From: Candidatus Thermofontivivens primus
Lineage (GTDB): Bacteria > Sysuimicrobiota > Sysuimicrobiia > Sysuimicrobiales > Thermofontiviventaceae
Direction: 5' to 3'
DNA length: 64,000 nt
Assembly: GCA_031458695.1 (NCBI GenBank)
Contig: JAVKJW010000007.1
Coordinates: 31,694-95,693, forward strand
In this document: positions 46,828 through 55,623 of the stretch, piece by piece
Position numbering within the stretch: the first letter of the stretch is position 1
How the letters are laid out: every line of letters begins with the position of its first letter
Notes under the pieces: model-generated
Told to the model about the DNA's origin: nothing
Database searches by the model: none
The model's input: only the letters and a program-made list of their open reading frames with translations
Made by a program: the position numbers and the translations under genes

Positions 46828-47282
46828 GGTCGGTCCACAGAACCCCGGGGAGCGACGACCAACCATCCCGCCATCTTGCGTGCCGAGGGGGTCGAACGAT
46901 CATGATCGCAAGGGATTGGGCAATAAAAAGGGAAACGTCCGGCACGCGTGGCCAGGAACTCTGTGGTCCTTTCTTCTCCCTCTGGGACGATCAGCGTGAT
47001 CCCATAGTCAGGGATAGTGAACCCGTGGGTTCCTTCGACTGCCTGAAGACGCAGGCGAACCCGCTGCCCCACGACCGCATGGATCACCTCAGGCCTCCAC
47101 TTCCCATCTCCGGCGATCAAGGAAATGCCAGAAGCAGGGGAGATTTCCCCCCACCCGAGGAACCTCGCCAAAACGACCAGCGCCGGAAGGCCGACGACCA
47201 CGGCCAGGACAAGGATCCACGCCACCGCTTCACTGCGCCGCCGGTCCCGCCAGGTCTCCATTAGACTGTAGAAAGCGGCCAT
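46824..47282 (-). CDS. Membrane-anchored cupredoxin (COX II-like) with variant CuA motif
   Basis: TM anchor; EGTHGF; FPFYCPIPCDH...KM. Confidence 0.75.
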   Translation of the reverse strand: MAAFYSLMETWRDRRRSEAVAWILVLAVVVGLPALVVLARFLGWGEISPASGISLIAGDGKWRPEVIHAVVGQRVRLRLQAVEGTHGFTIPDYGITLIVPEGEERTTEFLATRAGRFPFYCPIPCDHDRSTPSARKMAGWLVVAPRGSVDRP

Positions 47283-47522
47283 CCCTCCTCCCCCTCCAGC
47301 CTTATCCCTTCAGTCGCTCCGGCATGGCGAATATGCCTCATCGTTTCTGGCTTGCTCTTTCCTCCACGATCGTGGCACATTCTCCCTAACGAGGGAATTC
47401 GTAAAAGGGGGGATTTTGCGGTACCGCGAGATGCGGAGAAGGGAGTTACCGGATCCCGACATGAAGACTACTGAGAGACACGGAGGGGATGTGGAGGGGT
47501 ACGAAGGCGCGCTACGATACGA

Positions 47523-47557
47523 TGTGGGGGGGCACGGCGGCGCCGTGCCCCCCCACA
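47523..47557. terminator. GC-rich hairpin (terminator or REP-like) after response regulator
   Basis: TGTGGGGGGGCACGGCG-G-CGCCGTGCCCCCCCACA. Confidence 0.55.
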
Positions 47558-47573
47558 GGCGGGGACGCTGATG

Positions 47574-48233
47574 TTATGGCTTGATGAGGCCCTTGCGGAT
47601 GGCGTACCGGACGAGGTCAGCAGAGGTGTGGAGGCCGAGCTTCTCCATAATGTTTTTGCGGTGGGTCTCCACGGTGCGCACGCTCAAATACAACCGCTGG
47701 GCGATCTCCTGGTTGGTCAACCCTTCGGCGATGAGCCGCAATACCTCCTGTTCACGTTCCGTTAGCCCATCCTCCTCTCCTGCAGGCACCCGCCGCCGGT
47801 ATTCCTCGAGAAGGGCTTTGGCCACCGAGGGATAGAGGTAGGATTCATCTTTATAGACCGAGCGGATCGCCTGCACCAGCTCGCTGGCCGCTGCTCGCTT
47901 CACCACGTATCCCGAGGCCCCAAAACCCAGCATGGGAAGGACATATTCCTTGTGGTCGTGCATGGTCAGGGCTAAGATGCGCACCTCGGGATGCGCGGCC
48001 TTGATCCTCCGTGTTGCTTCCAGACCGCCAATGCCGGGCATGGCGATATCCATGATCACGACATCCGGACGTACCTCCTCCACCAGGGCAAGGGCCTGTT
48101 CCCCGTCTTCCGCCTCCCCGACCACTTCGATGTCCGGTTGCGCCTCCAGGATCATCCTGATCCCTTCTCGGAACAGCGCATGGTCGTCCACGATGAGGAT
48201 ACGGATTGCGCGCTCAGACTGCGACGCGAGCAT
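47574..48233 (-). CDS. NarL/LuxR family response regulator
   Basis: IVDDH, DVVIMDI, LTEREQEVL...LSVRTVETHR. Confidence 0.95.
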   Translation of the reverse strand: MLASQSERAIRILIVDDHALFREGIRMILEAQPDIEVVGEAEDGEQALALVEEVRPDVVIMDIAMPGIGGLEATRRIKAAHPEVRILALTMHDHKEYVLPMLGFGASGYVVKRAAASELVQAIRSVYKDESYLYPSVAKALLEEYRRRVPAGEEDGLTEREQEVLRLIAEGLTNQEIAQRLYLSVRTVETHRKNIMEKLGLHTSADLVRYAIRKGLIKP

Positions 48234-49725
48234 CGGTCTCGACCTCCGCAGGAACAGGAATCTCCACGTACAGCCTGGTCCCACCCCCCGGCCTGGAGTG
48301 GATGTTGAACGTGCCACCCAGGAGGGTTGCCCGTTCCCTGATCCCAACAAGGCCCATCCCCCTCCGGGAGGCCCCTGGCCCTAGAACCTCAGCCAGCTCA
48401 AACCCTCTTCCATTGTCCTCGACGAAGATCACCAGGAGGGTCCCATCGAAGTCCAGGAGCACCCGGACGTGGCTGGCCTGGGCATGTTTGATCACATTGG
48501 TGATGGCCTCCTGGACGATCCGAAACGTCGCCGTCTCCACCGTGCTGGGGAGCCTGCGTTCTAGGCCGTGCGCATGCAAGTCGTAGGTGATGCCGAGGGG
48601 GACGAGGTGGCTCTCCAGATATCCGGATACCGCTGGCACGAGCCCTAGGTCGTCGAGGACCCTGGGGCGGAGGTCGAAGATGATCTTGTGGATCTCCTCG
48701 AGGGTTTGGGTGGCGATCTCCCTGAGCCTCCGGAGCCGCTCGGCCACCTGGACCTCCTTCTTGGGGAGGGTATTCTCCAGGAACTCCAGGTTGACCACCA
48801 AGGTGGCGATGGCCTGGCTGGCTTCATCGTGCAGTTCCCGGGCGATGCGCCGGCGCTCCTCCTCCTGAGCGGAGATGACCTTCGCGAGCAGCTCCTGCCG
48901 TTCCCGGTGATGCAATTCCAGCTCGCGGTTGGCCCGGGCCAGATCCCTCGTTCGCTCCGCAACCCTCTGCTCCAGGGTAGCGTAGGAATCCTGCAGGCGT
49001 TCGGCCATGCGGTTAAATGCCTCTGCGAGGCGTCCAACTTCGTCATTGGTGGCCACCTGCAACCGGACACCCAGGTTTCCGGAACCAATCGCCTCGGCCC
49101 CCTGTTGTAATTGCGCAATCGGCCTGGTGATCGCGCGGGTGAGGAGCAGCGCAAAGATCAAGCCCAGCAAAGCTGCAGAAGCGGCGGAAAGGAGGAGTTC
49201 GCGCTTAGCCTGGGCTTTGCTCTTCCTGGCGAGCTCCAACACACCGGCGGCCCGCTCGGCATGGAGCTGGTGGAACTGGTCCATCTGGGAGAAGATGGCA
49301 TGGGTAGCCAGGGTCGTCTCCTCGCTCCTCCTTCCCCCCAGGACCCCGAGGTCAGAGGGACGATCCGCCCGCCCCTGAACCGCCTTATTCCAGGAGGCGA
49401 GAGCCTCCAGAAGGTCTGTCTCCCTGGAGTCGAGGCCATCGCGTTGAAGGGAACGTGCCAGGGCTCCGCTCAGGCTGTGGATCTCCCCCATCACAGCGTC
49501 CTGGTGCTTTCTCGCAGGTCCCCCCGAGAGCGAGGGCTCAAGGGCCCGGCTCATGGCCAGTTGGAGTTCCAGGAACAAGTCGTGTTCCTCGAAGATCCTG
49601 GCGACCGCATCTACCTGTCTCGCGACGGCCTCCAGGCTGCGGATGGAGATGACCGCCACTGAGACCAGCAACCCTACCAGGACCAGGAACGCCGCGATGA
49701 GCTTGGTGCCTAAGGAAAGCCTCAT
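48214..49725 (-). CDS. HAMP-domain sensor histidine kinase (HisKA_3)
   Basis: 2 TM helices, HAMP (NDEVGRLAEAFNRM), ERRRIARELHDE, QEAITNV.KHA, DNGRGF. Confidence 0.95.
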   Translation of the reverse strand: MRLSLGTKLIAAFLVLVGLLVSVAVISIRSLEAVARQVDAVARIFEEHDLFLELQLAMSRALEPSLSGGPARKHQDAVMGEIHSLSGALARSLQRDGLDSRETDLLEALASWNKAVQGRADRPSDLGVLGGRRSEETTLATHAIFSQMDQFHQLHAERAAGVLELARKSKAQAKRELLLSAASAALLGLIFALLLTRAITRPIAQLQQGAEAIGSGNLGVRLQVATNDEVGRLAEAFNRMAERLQDSYATLEQRVAERTRDLARANRELELHHRERQELLAKVISAQEEERRRIARELHDEASQAIATLVVNLEFLENTLPKKEVQVAERLRRLREIATQTLEEIHKIIFDLRPRVLDDLGLVPAVSGYLESHLVPLGITYDLHAHGLERRLPSTVETATFRIVQEAITNVIKHAQASHVRVLLDFDGTLLVIFVEDNGRGFELAEVLGPGASRRGMGLVGIRERATLLGGTFNIHSRPGGGTRLYVEIPVPAEVETDARVAV

Positions 49726-49731
49726 CCCCTT

Positions 49732-50196
49732 CTACTTCACCACCAGGGTCCCCTTCATCCCTCGCTCGTAGTGGTCCGGCAGGAGGCAACCGATCTCAAA
49801 GGTCCCCTTCTTCCGGGGGGTGAACTTCACCTCCGCCTTCTTCCCCGCTTTTACCTCCACTTCAAAAATCCCCATGCCCTCTACCTCGGCTTCAGAGGTT
49901 TCTACCTTCACTTCCAGATCCTTGAAGTAAGACTGCTCCTCTGCCCACTCGTGGAGCTCGTCCATGTCGATACCCGGCTTTGGAAGCGCGTACACCATGA
50001 ACTCGTGGGTGACCTTCCCTTTGTTGACCAGGACGATCTCGGCAGGAACCCCTGCGGTCAATGTGACCTGCTTCGGGCGGAAGTAATACTCACCCATCTC
50101 CAGGGTCACTTTCTGGGCCTTCGGTGCAGCCGACCCTCCTTGCATCAGAGCAAGGGCGATCACCATAGCGATAGCTAGGATGGTTACTTTTCGCAT
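49732..50196 (-). CDS. Secreted type-1 (blue) copper cupredoxin
   Basis: Signal peptide; THEF; CLLPDHYERGM (C-x4-H-x4-M). Confidence 0.85.
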   Translation of the reverse strand: MRKVTILAIAMVIALALMQGGSAAPKAQKVTLEMGEYYFRPKQVTLTAGVPAEIVLVNKGKVTHEFMVYALPKPGIDMDELHEWAEEQSYFKDLEVKVETSEAEVEGMGIFEVEVKAGKKAEVKFTPRKKGTFEIGCLLPDHYERGMKGTLVVK

Positions 50197-50257
50197 CTCC
50201 CTTCCCTCCTTTTTGTTTGGATTTCTTGCGCAGGCACCGCAGATGCTTTGTCCTCCC

Positions 50258-50665
50258 TTAGGGTTCCACGATCACCTCCCCTTGCATCTCCGTATGCTCT
50301 GGGCTGCATATCACTGTGCAATAGAAAGGAAAGGTCCCGGTCTTTTGAGGGACAAATTCGATGATCTGGTAGCTCCCGGGGGTGATCGGCCCGCTCTTTA
50401 CCTTTAACCCCCGGATACGCAGCCCGTGGGTAACGTCGGCGCTTGTCACCTTCAACCGGACCTTCTCCCCCCTCCTCACCACGATCTCTGAGGGGAGCCA
50501 TCCCCCTGCCTCATGGGTCCTAGCGATGATGGTGATCTCTCCAGAGGCAGAAGCCACGGCCGGATAATAGATGAACTGATAGGCCAGGATGACCACAGGT
50601 ATCCCCACTACCGTGAGGAGGACAAGAAGGAACGCAGTCCACTCAAGACGCCGCATCCTCATCAC
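50258..50665 (-). CDS. Membrane-anchored CuA cupredoxin (COX II periplasmic-domain-like)
   Basis: TM anchor; SADVTHGL; CTVICSPEHTEM canonical CuA motif. Confidence 0.88.
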   Translation of the reverse strand: MMRMRRLEWTAFLLVLLTVVGIPVVILAYQFIYYPAVASASGEITIIARTHEAGGWLPSEIVVRRGEKVRLKVTSADVTHGLRIRGLKVKSGPITPGSYQIIEFVPQKTGTFPFYCTVICSPEHTEMQGEVIVEP

Positions 50666-50666
50666 C

Positions 50667-52124
50667 TCACCCGAGATAGAGCCACAGGAAGAGCACCGTC
50701 ACACCTGCCAGGTATGCAGAGAGGGGGACGAGCGCCCGCCTGGCCTTGGTGGATGGGGAGAAGTTTTGCCTGGCAATGGTATCCCCCACCTTGATGGAGA
50801 GAACAAGGCCCAGAAGGAGCGTGGGAACCTGGATGTAGGGCAACAGGTGCGGTGCATAAGGCGTCCAGGGATACCCTTTAGTCCCGAAGAGGTCCCATCC
50901 CCAGCCGAATGGATCAGAGAGGACCGAGAGCGCATAGGAGATGTTGGGGAGCACGAACGAGAAGCTGAAGGCGATCCATCCCGCGAGCCCTAGGGGAACC
51001 AGGGTGTAGGCGTAGTCCACGAACAGCTTCTTCAGGTCAGGGCGGCTTCCACCGGCGAAGACGCGGGAGAGCCAGGTAAATACAAGGTGAAGGGCTGGGG
51101 CCGCGACTAGGATGGATCCCAGGAAGATCGCAGCATACAGGAGAAGGCCAGAGAACGAGGTGAAGTTGGCCCAATCCTTGATCCTTCCCCAAGGCCCCAG
51201 CATGACGATGGAGTACATGATCGCCGCCCCTAACATGATGAAGGCCTTGTAGGCCTCATCCAGCTTGCGTCCCTTCTCCACTTGGAGGTCCTGAAAGAAG
51301 GGACGAGTGCGGATGGTGATGTTCTCGTAAGGACAGGCCTTGATGCACTCGGTGCACAAGAGACAATAGGTGTTCCGCTCCATGGGCGCTCCGGGGAACT
51401 CGAAGTTGGGGCAACCGTACCCTCCCACGCCCCCGACCCGAAGGCTTGCCTCGGTGCTCCCCCGGAAGCAGGCCTTGAACTGGCACTGCCGGCAGACCTC
51501 TGCATCCACCCGCCGCACCTCCACGGGAGCCGCCATGGAGTAAAGCCCCAGGAACCCTCCCACCGGGCAGAGGTAGCGGCAGAAGGTCCTTCGCTCAAAC
51601 ACCAGGTGGGTGACCGCGGCGATGATTACGAGCCCCAGGAGAACGGCTCCAGTGACGATGGGACGGGTGGTGAGGACAGCGCTGGTGAGAGCGATGGATG
51701 CGAATCCGAAATTGGCTACCCACAGGTTCCGCAGCCCCTTGGGCCACTTTCGTGCCAGGCCAAAGGTTTTCGGCTTCCAGAGGATGAACGCCCGGCGCTG
51801 CATCCACTCCCCGACGGCGGGGATCGGACACATGGCACACCAGATCCTCGCCCCGAAGGGCACGAGGACCAGGATCAGCAGGGCCCACCAGACGATCCAG
51901 ACGAAGATGATGGCGAAGTTCTTGGCCCCAATCGGGGTCCCCAAGAACCCAGCCATGATCACGATGGTGAAGACGAACAGGTTGGGGAGGATCAGGGCGA
52001 ACTGCAGCCACCGCTGGCGAACGAGCCATCGCACAGGACGATATCCCAGGAGGTCTTTGCGCCAGGCAACCTCCTGGGGCGGACGCAGGATAGGACGCGC
52101 AATCGCAGTGCTACGCTGTGCCAT
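50667..52124 (-). CDS. NapH/NosH/CcoG-like membrane polyferredoxin
   Basis: WCAMCP, FCRYLCP, CRQC...C...GCP, CLLCTECIKACP; many TM helices. Confidence 0.85.
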   Translation of the reverse strand: MAQRSTAIARPILRPPQEVAWRKDLLGYRPVRWLVRQRWLQFALILPNLFVFTIVIMAGFLGTPIGAKNFAIIFVWIVWWALLILVLVPFGARIWCAMCPIPAVGEWMQRRAFILWKPKTFGLARKWPKGLRNLWVANFGFASIALTSAVLTTRPIVTGAVLLGLVIIAAVTHLVFERRTFCRYLCPVGGFLGLYSMAAPVEVRRVDAEVCRQCQFKACFRGSTEASLRVGGVGGYGCPNFEFPGAPMERNTYCLLCTECIKACPYENITIRTRPFFQDLQVEKGRKLDEAYKAFIMLGAAIMYSIVMLGPWGRIKDWANFTSFSGLLLYAAIFLGSILVAAPALHLVFTWLSRVFAGGSRPDLKKLFVDYAYTLVPLGLAGWIAFSFSFVLPNISYALSVLSDPFGWGWDLFGTKGYPWTPYAPHLLPYIQVPTLLLGLVLSIKVGDTIARQNFSPSTKARRALVPLSAYLAGVTVLFLWLYLG

Positions 52125-52671
52125 CGGTAGCCTCCTCGCTTCGATCTCGGATTTCCTCTCCACGGCGCCACAGCATCAAGACCGTCCCACCCGCCGCGAG
52201 CACGGTCAGGGCGAGCGCTCCCCACAGGGTGTAGTTGGGGCCTACAACCACCTCGCCGATCATGAACGGGTGCAGGTTCCCGCAGATCACCGAGCAACGG
52301 TACCGGATCTTTCCAGGGCGATTGGCCACAAAGGAGACCACCGTCTCCTGCCCCGGGTAGACCTTCGCGTTGATGCCGTACCCATCGATGTAGAGACCGT
52401 GGACGACATCCTCGCTCGTGACCCGCAGCGTCACGCGGTCACCCAGCCTTACCCGGATGCGCGGGGGGCTGTAGGCAAACTGCCTGGCGGTGATGGTGAA
52501 TTCTCGCTCCCGCCCGCCCGCCGGTCCGGCCGCTTGCGACACATTGCTGACCACAAGGATGTCGAGAAGCAACAGAAAGAAGACAAAGGAGAGAACCAGC
52601 GAGAGGCCCGTCAAGAACCTTGCCCTCCCACCGTGAGATCTTAACCCCATACGCCGTGTGTGTCGGAACAC
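52111..52671 (-). CDS. CuA cupredoxin with N- and C-terminal TM helices
   Basis: SEDVVHGL; CSVICGNLHPFM canonical CuA motif. Confidence 0.88.
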   Translation of the reverse strand: MFRHTRRMGLRSHGGRARFLTGLSLVLSFVFFLLLLDILVVSNVSQAAGPAGGREREFTITARQFAYSPPRIRVRLGDRVTLRVTSEDVVHGLYIDGYGINAKVYPGQETVVSFVANRPGKIRYRCSVICGNLHPFMIGEVVVGPNYTLWGALALTVLAAGGTVLMLWRRGEEIRDRSEEATDGTA

Positions 52672-52854
52672 TTCCTCGCCTCCTCACGTTGTGTCGTGAG
52701 AGTCGGGCTCAGCCTTGCCCTACGCTCACGCTACCATGAGGTTCTGGAAGGGCACAACACACGATGGGGTAGGCGTTTTCACAAGTTTGCCCTCTTCCGT
52801 TGAGCGGGGGAATGTATAGGGGAAAACCGCATCGGGAATCGGGTGGGGACTGTA

Positions 52855-53508
52855 TCAGGAATCAGGTGGACGCAGGAGGCCTTTGCGGGCGGCGTAGGCG
52901 ACCGCCTCCGCCCTGTTGCGCAGGTGGAGCTTATCGAGGATGTTCTTCATATGGAACTTGACGGTGTTCTCGCTGATCCCAAGGGAGGTGGCGATCTCCC
53001 TGTTCGTTGCACCCCCGGCAACGAGCTGTAGCACTTCCTTCTCCCGCTCGGTCAGTTCCTCTTCCAGGACCTCTCGGGGCCGCTGACCCCCGTGCGTCCT
53101 GGCGAACTCCTCCAAGATCTTGCCGGCCAGCTCCCGGGAGATGACCGCTTCCCCCCGGGCGGCGCTCGTGAGGAGATCGAAGAACTCCTCGGCCTTCAGG
53201 TTCTTCAGGAGGTAACCCTGGGCTCCGCTTTTGATGGCGTCAAAAAGGTCGCGGTCGTCGTCGGAGACAGTAAGAATCACGATCTTCACCTGGGGGAATT
53301 CGGCCTTGATGAGGCGGGTTGCCTCCAGGCCGCTGCATCGAGGCATCCGGATGTCCATGAGAACGACATCCGGTTGGAGCTGGCGCGTCTTCTCCAGGGC
53401 CTCCAGGCCGTCGTTGGCCTCCCCGACCACCTCCATCCCCCTCGCCTGGAGGAGGCTTTTGATCCCGTCCCTGAACAAGGGATGGTCGTCGGCAAGCAGG
53501 ATCCTCAT
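52855..53508 (-). CDS. NarL/LuxR family response regulator
   Basis: LADDH, DVVLMDI, LTEREKEVL...ISENTVKFH. Confidence 0.95.
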   Translation of the reverse strand: MRILLADDHPLFRDGIKSLLQARGMEVVGEANDGLEALEKTRQLQPDVVLMDIRMPRCSGLEATRLIKAEFPQVKIVILTVSDDDRDLFDAIKSGAQGYLLKNLKAEEFFDLLTSAARGEAVISRELAGKILEEFARTHGGQRPREVLEEELTEREKEVLQLVAGGATNREIATSLGISENTVKFHMKNILDKLHLRNRAEAVAYAARKGLLRPPDS

Positions 53509-54920
53509 ACTTCGGCACCCTCCCTCCTTGCCGTCCTTACAGGGACAGAGACGATCACCTTGGTCCCCCGAAATGGAGCCGTTTCGAGACGGAACGTGCC
53601 ACCCACAGCTTCGGCACGCTCCCGCATGCTCTGGAGGCCAAACCTTGGCCAGGGGCTCGGAGGAAGGTGCTGGGGGTCAAAGCCTCTTCCGTTATCCTCG
53701 ATGATGATCTGGACCTCCTCTGCTCCCTCGAGAAAGCGTACCTTGACGGCGGTGGCCTGGGCGTGCTTGCGGACGTTGGTTAGGGCCTCCTGCACAATGC
53801 GCAGGAGCTGCACCTCCACCTCCGGGGGAAACGGAAGAGACCCCGGCTCGCCCTCTATCTCCACGGCGATCCCATAAAGCTGTCTGTAGTGATAGAAGTA
53901 CTCCTTGAGGACAGACATCAGGGTCCGATCCGGGCTCAGGGAGGTCCGCAACCCGAGGATTGCCTCCCGGATGTCGGCATACACCTCACGGGCCATGGAC
54001 TCAAGCTGGGCGAGCTGGGATGAAGCTTCTTCTATCCGCCCCGCGTTGAGAAGCTCGCGGACCGCCTGGGCCTTGGTGTTCACGTACCCGAGAACCTGTG
54101 CCAGTCCATCGTGCATCTCCCTGGCGATGCGCTCACGTTCTTCCAGAATCGCCAGGCTCTGCACCTGGGCGTGGAGCCGGGCGTTCTCAATGGCGATCGC
54201 TGCCTGGTTGGCCAAGCTGCTCAGGACTGTCTCCGCCTCCCGGTCAAAGCCATTCGGGCGGCGGCTCCCTGCCATGAGGATCCCTATCACCTTGGATCCA
54301 GTACACAGGGGGATGGCGAAAATCTCCTTCATCTCAGGAGCGGGAAACATTTTCCAAACGTCCGCATGGGGATCGGTGAACCTCAGAACCTGGCCGTCCC
54401 CCCCAAAGCAGGGGATCCATGAAGGTTCTATGGGAAGACGGACGTACGAAAGATTACGGGAATTGTCGACCAGAAGTCGCCAGGTGATCTCTTGGTGCTC
54501 ATCAAGAAGCCCGAGAGCAGTGACGTCGCTGTTGAGAAGCCGGTGCGTGCTGACCACCACGGTCCGGATCACGTGATCCAGGTCCAGCTTGGCGGAAATC
54601 TCCGTGCCAATCTGGTAGAGGGCCTGGGTGAGCGCATTTCGAGCTGCCAGCTCCTTGTTGCGGGCAACGAGCTCTTCCTCCATGCGATCGATGATCCCAA
54701 AGACAAGGGAAGAAAATATGTGGGCCCCCACAAGCATGGCAAACAGGACCATCAGGCTAGAAGCCCAGACAGGAAGGTAGTGATCCACTGGAGAGCTGTG
54801 CCGGATATATTCAAAGATAGCAATGAACAGCGCCGGCCCCCAGGTTGTCAGGAGACGCAGGTTTCGCTTGTTCGTAAACATACACGGACAGAGGGTTCGG
54901 TTCTGCCTATATTGTGGCAT
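53505..54920 (-). CDS. GAF-domain sensor histidine kinase (NarX-like, HisKA_3); start uncertain
   Basis: 2 TM helices, GAF (LANQAAIAIENARL), ERERIAREMHDGLAQ, QEALTNVRKHA. Confidence 0.92.
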   Translation of the reverse strand: MPQYRQNRTLCPCMFTNKRNLRLLTTWGPALFIAIFEYIRHSSPVDHYLPVWASSLMVLFAMLVGAHIFSSLVFGIIDRMEEELVARNKELAARNALTQALYQIGTEISAKLDLDHVIRTVVVSTHRLLNSDVTALGLLDEHQEITWRLLVDNSRNLSYVRLPIEPSWIPCFGGDGQVLRFTDPHADVWKMFPAPEMKEIFAIPLCTGSKVIGILMAGSRRPNGFDREAETVLSSLANQAAIAIENARLHAQVQSLAILEERERIAREMHDGLAQVLGYVNTKAQAVRELLNAGRIEEASSQLAQLESMAREVYADIREAILGLRTSLSPDRTLMSVLKEYFYHYRQLYGIAVEIEGEPGSLPFPPEVEVQLLRIVQEALTNVRKHAQATAVKVRFLEGAEEVQIIIEDNGRGFDPQHLPPSPWPRFGLQSMRERAEAVGGTFRLETAPFRGTKVIVSVPVRTARREGAEV

Positions 54921-55052
54921 GGATTCGCCCACCCGTCCATCCGCCCTTCGCCGGATGGGGCATCCGCTGGAGATCTGATGGTTTAACGAACCCCGGTATT
55001 TCAAGAGGGACCCCCGGCAAAAGTCCAAGACTTTTGCCGGGGTGCATAGGTC

Positions 55053-55623
55053 TCAGGGATCAGGCCTCGGTTGGCTACTCCCTGGGACCTGTGACCTTTC
55101 CCCTGGAACCCGTGTATGGCGTCTGCGGGCAAGGAGATCCCTGAGACTCACGGGTTCCTTTTGGTGCTGTGCGGGTTTCCACCGGAAGATCCGCCGCTCC
55201 AGGCGTTCGAACGCCGCAAAGATCCCCAGCATGACCGCGACACGAGGACGATCAGGGCGATGGTCAGGGCAGCGTTGTAGGTGCTGTGGGCAAAGGAGAG
55301 CAGGTAACCCAACCCGCGGCTCGACGCCACGAACTCACCCACGATGGCTCCGGTAAAAGCAAAGCCGGTAGCCCCCTTGAGACCTCCCAGTAGCCAGGCG
55401 GCCAAGGAGGGAATGGAAACCTCGCGGAGAAGATCAACCCTCCCTCCACCAAGTGCGCGAACCCGATCTATCAGCCGGGATCGATCTCCCGGATCCCGGA
55501 GTACACAGCAAAGAATATAAACCACCGTCACCAGGAGGAAGCTGAGGGCGATCTTGGAAGCGATGCCGATCCCGAACCAGATTACGAACAGGGGTGCGAG
55601 GATGATCCTGGGCCCGGCGTTAA
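55053..55623 (-). pseudogene. NitT/TauT-family ABC permease, 3' fragment, frameshifted and truncated by IS
   Basis: PRIILAPLFVIWFGIG, GAIVGEFVASSRGLGY; frame switches; 5' half replaced by the IS. Confidence 0.8.

Noticed and set aside
49732..52671. nos (N2O reductase) or cytochrome c oxidase operon
   Set aside because: CuA domains are stand-alone; no NosZ beta-propeller, nosDFY or heme-copper oxidase subunit I in the window
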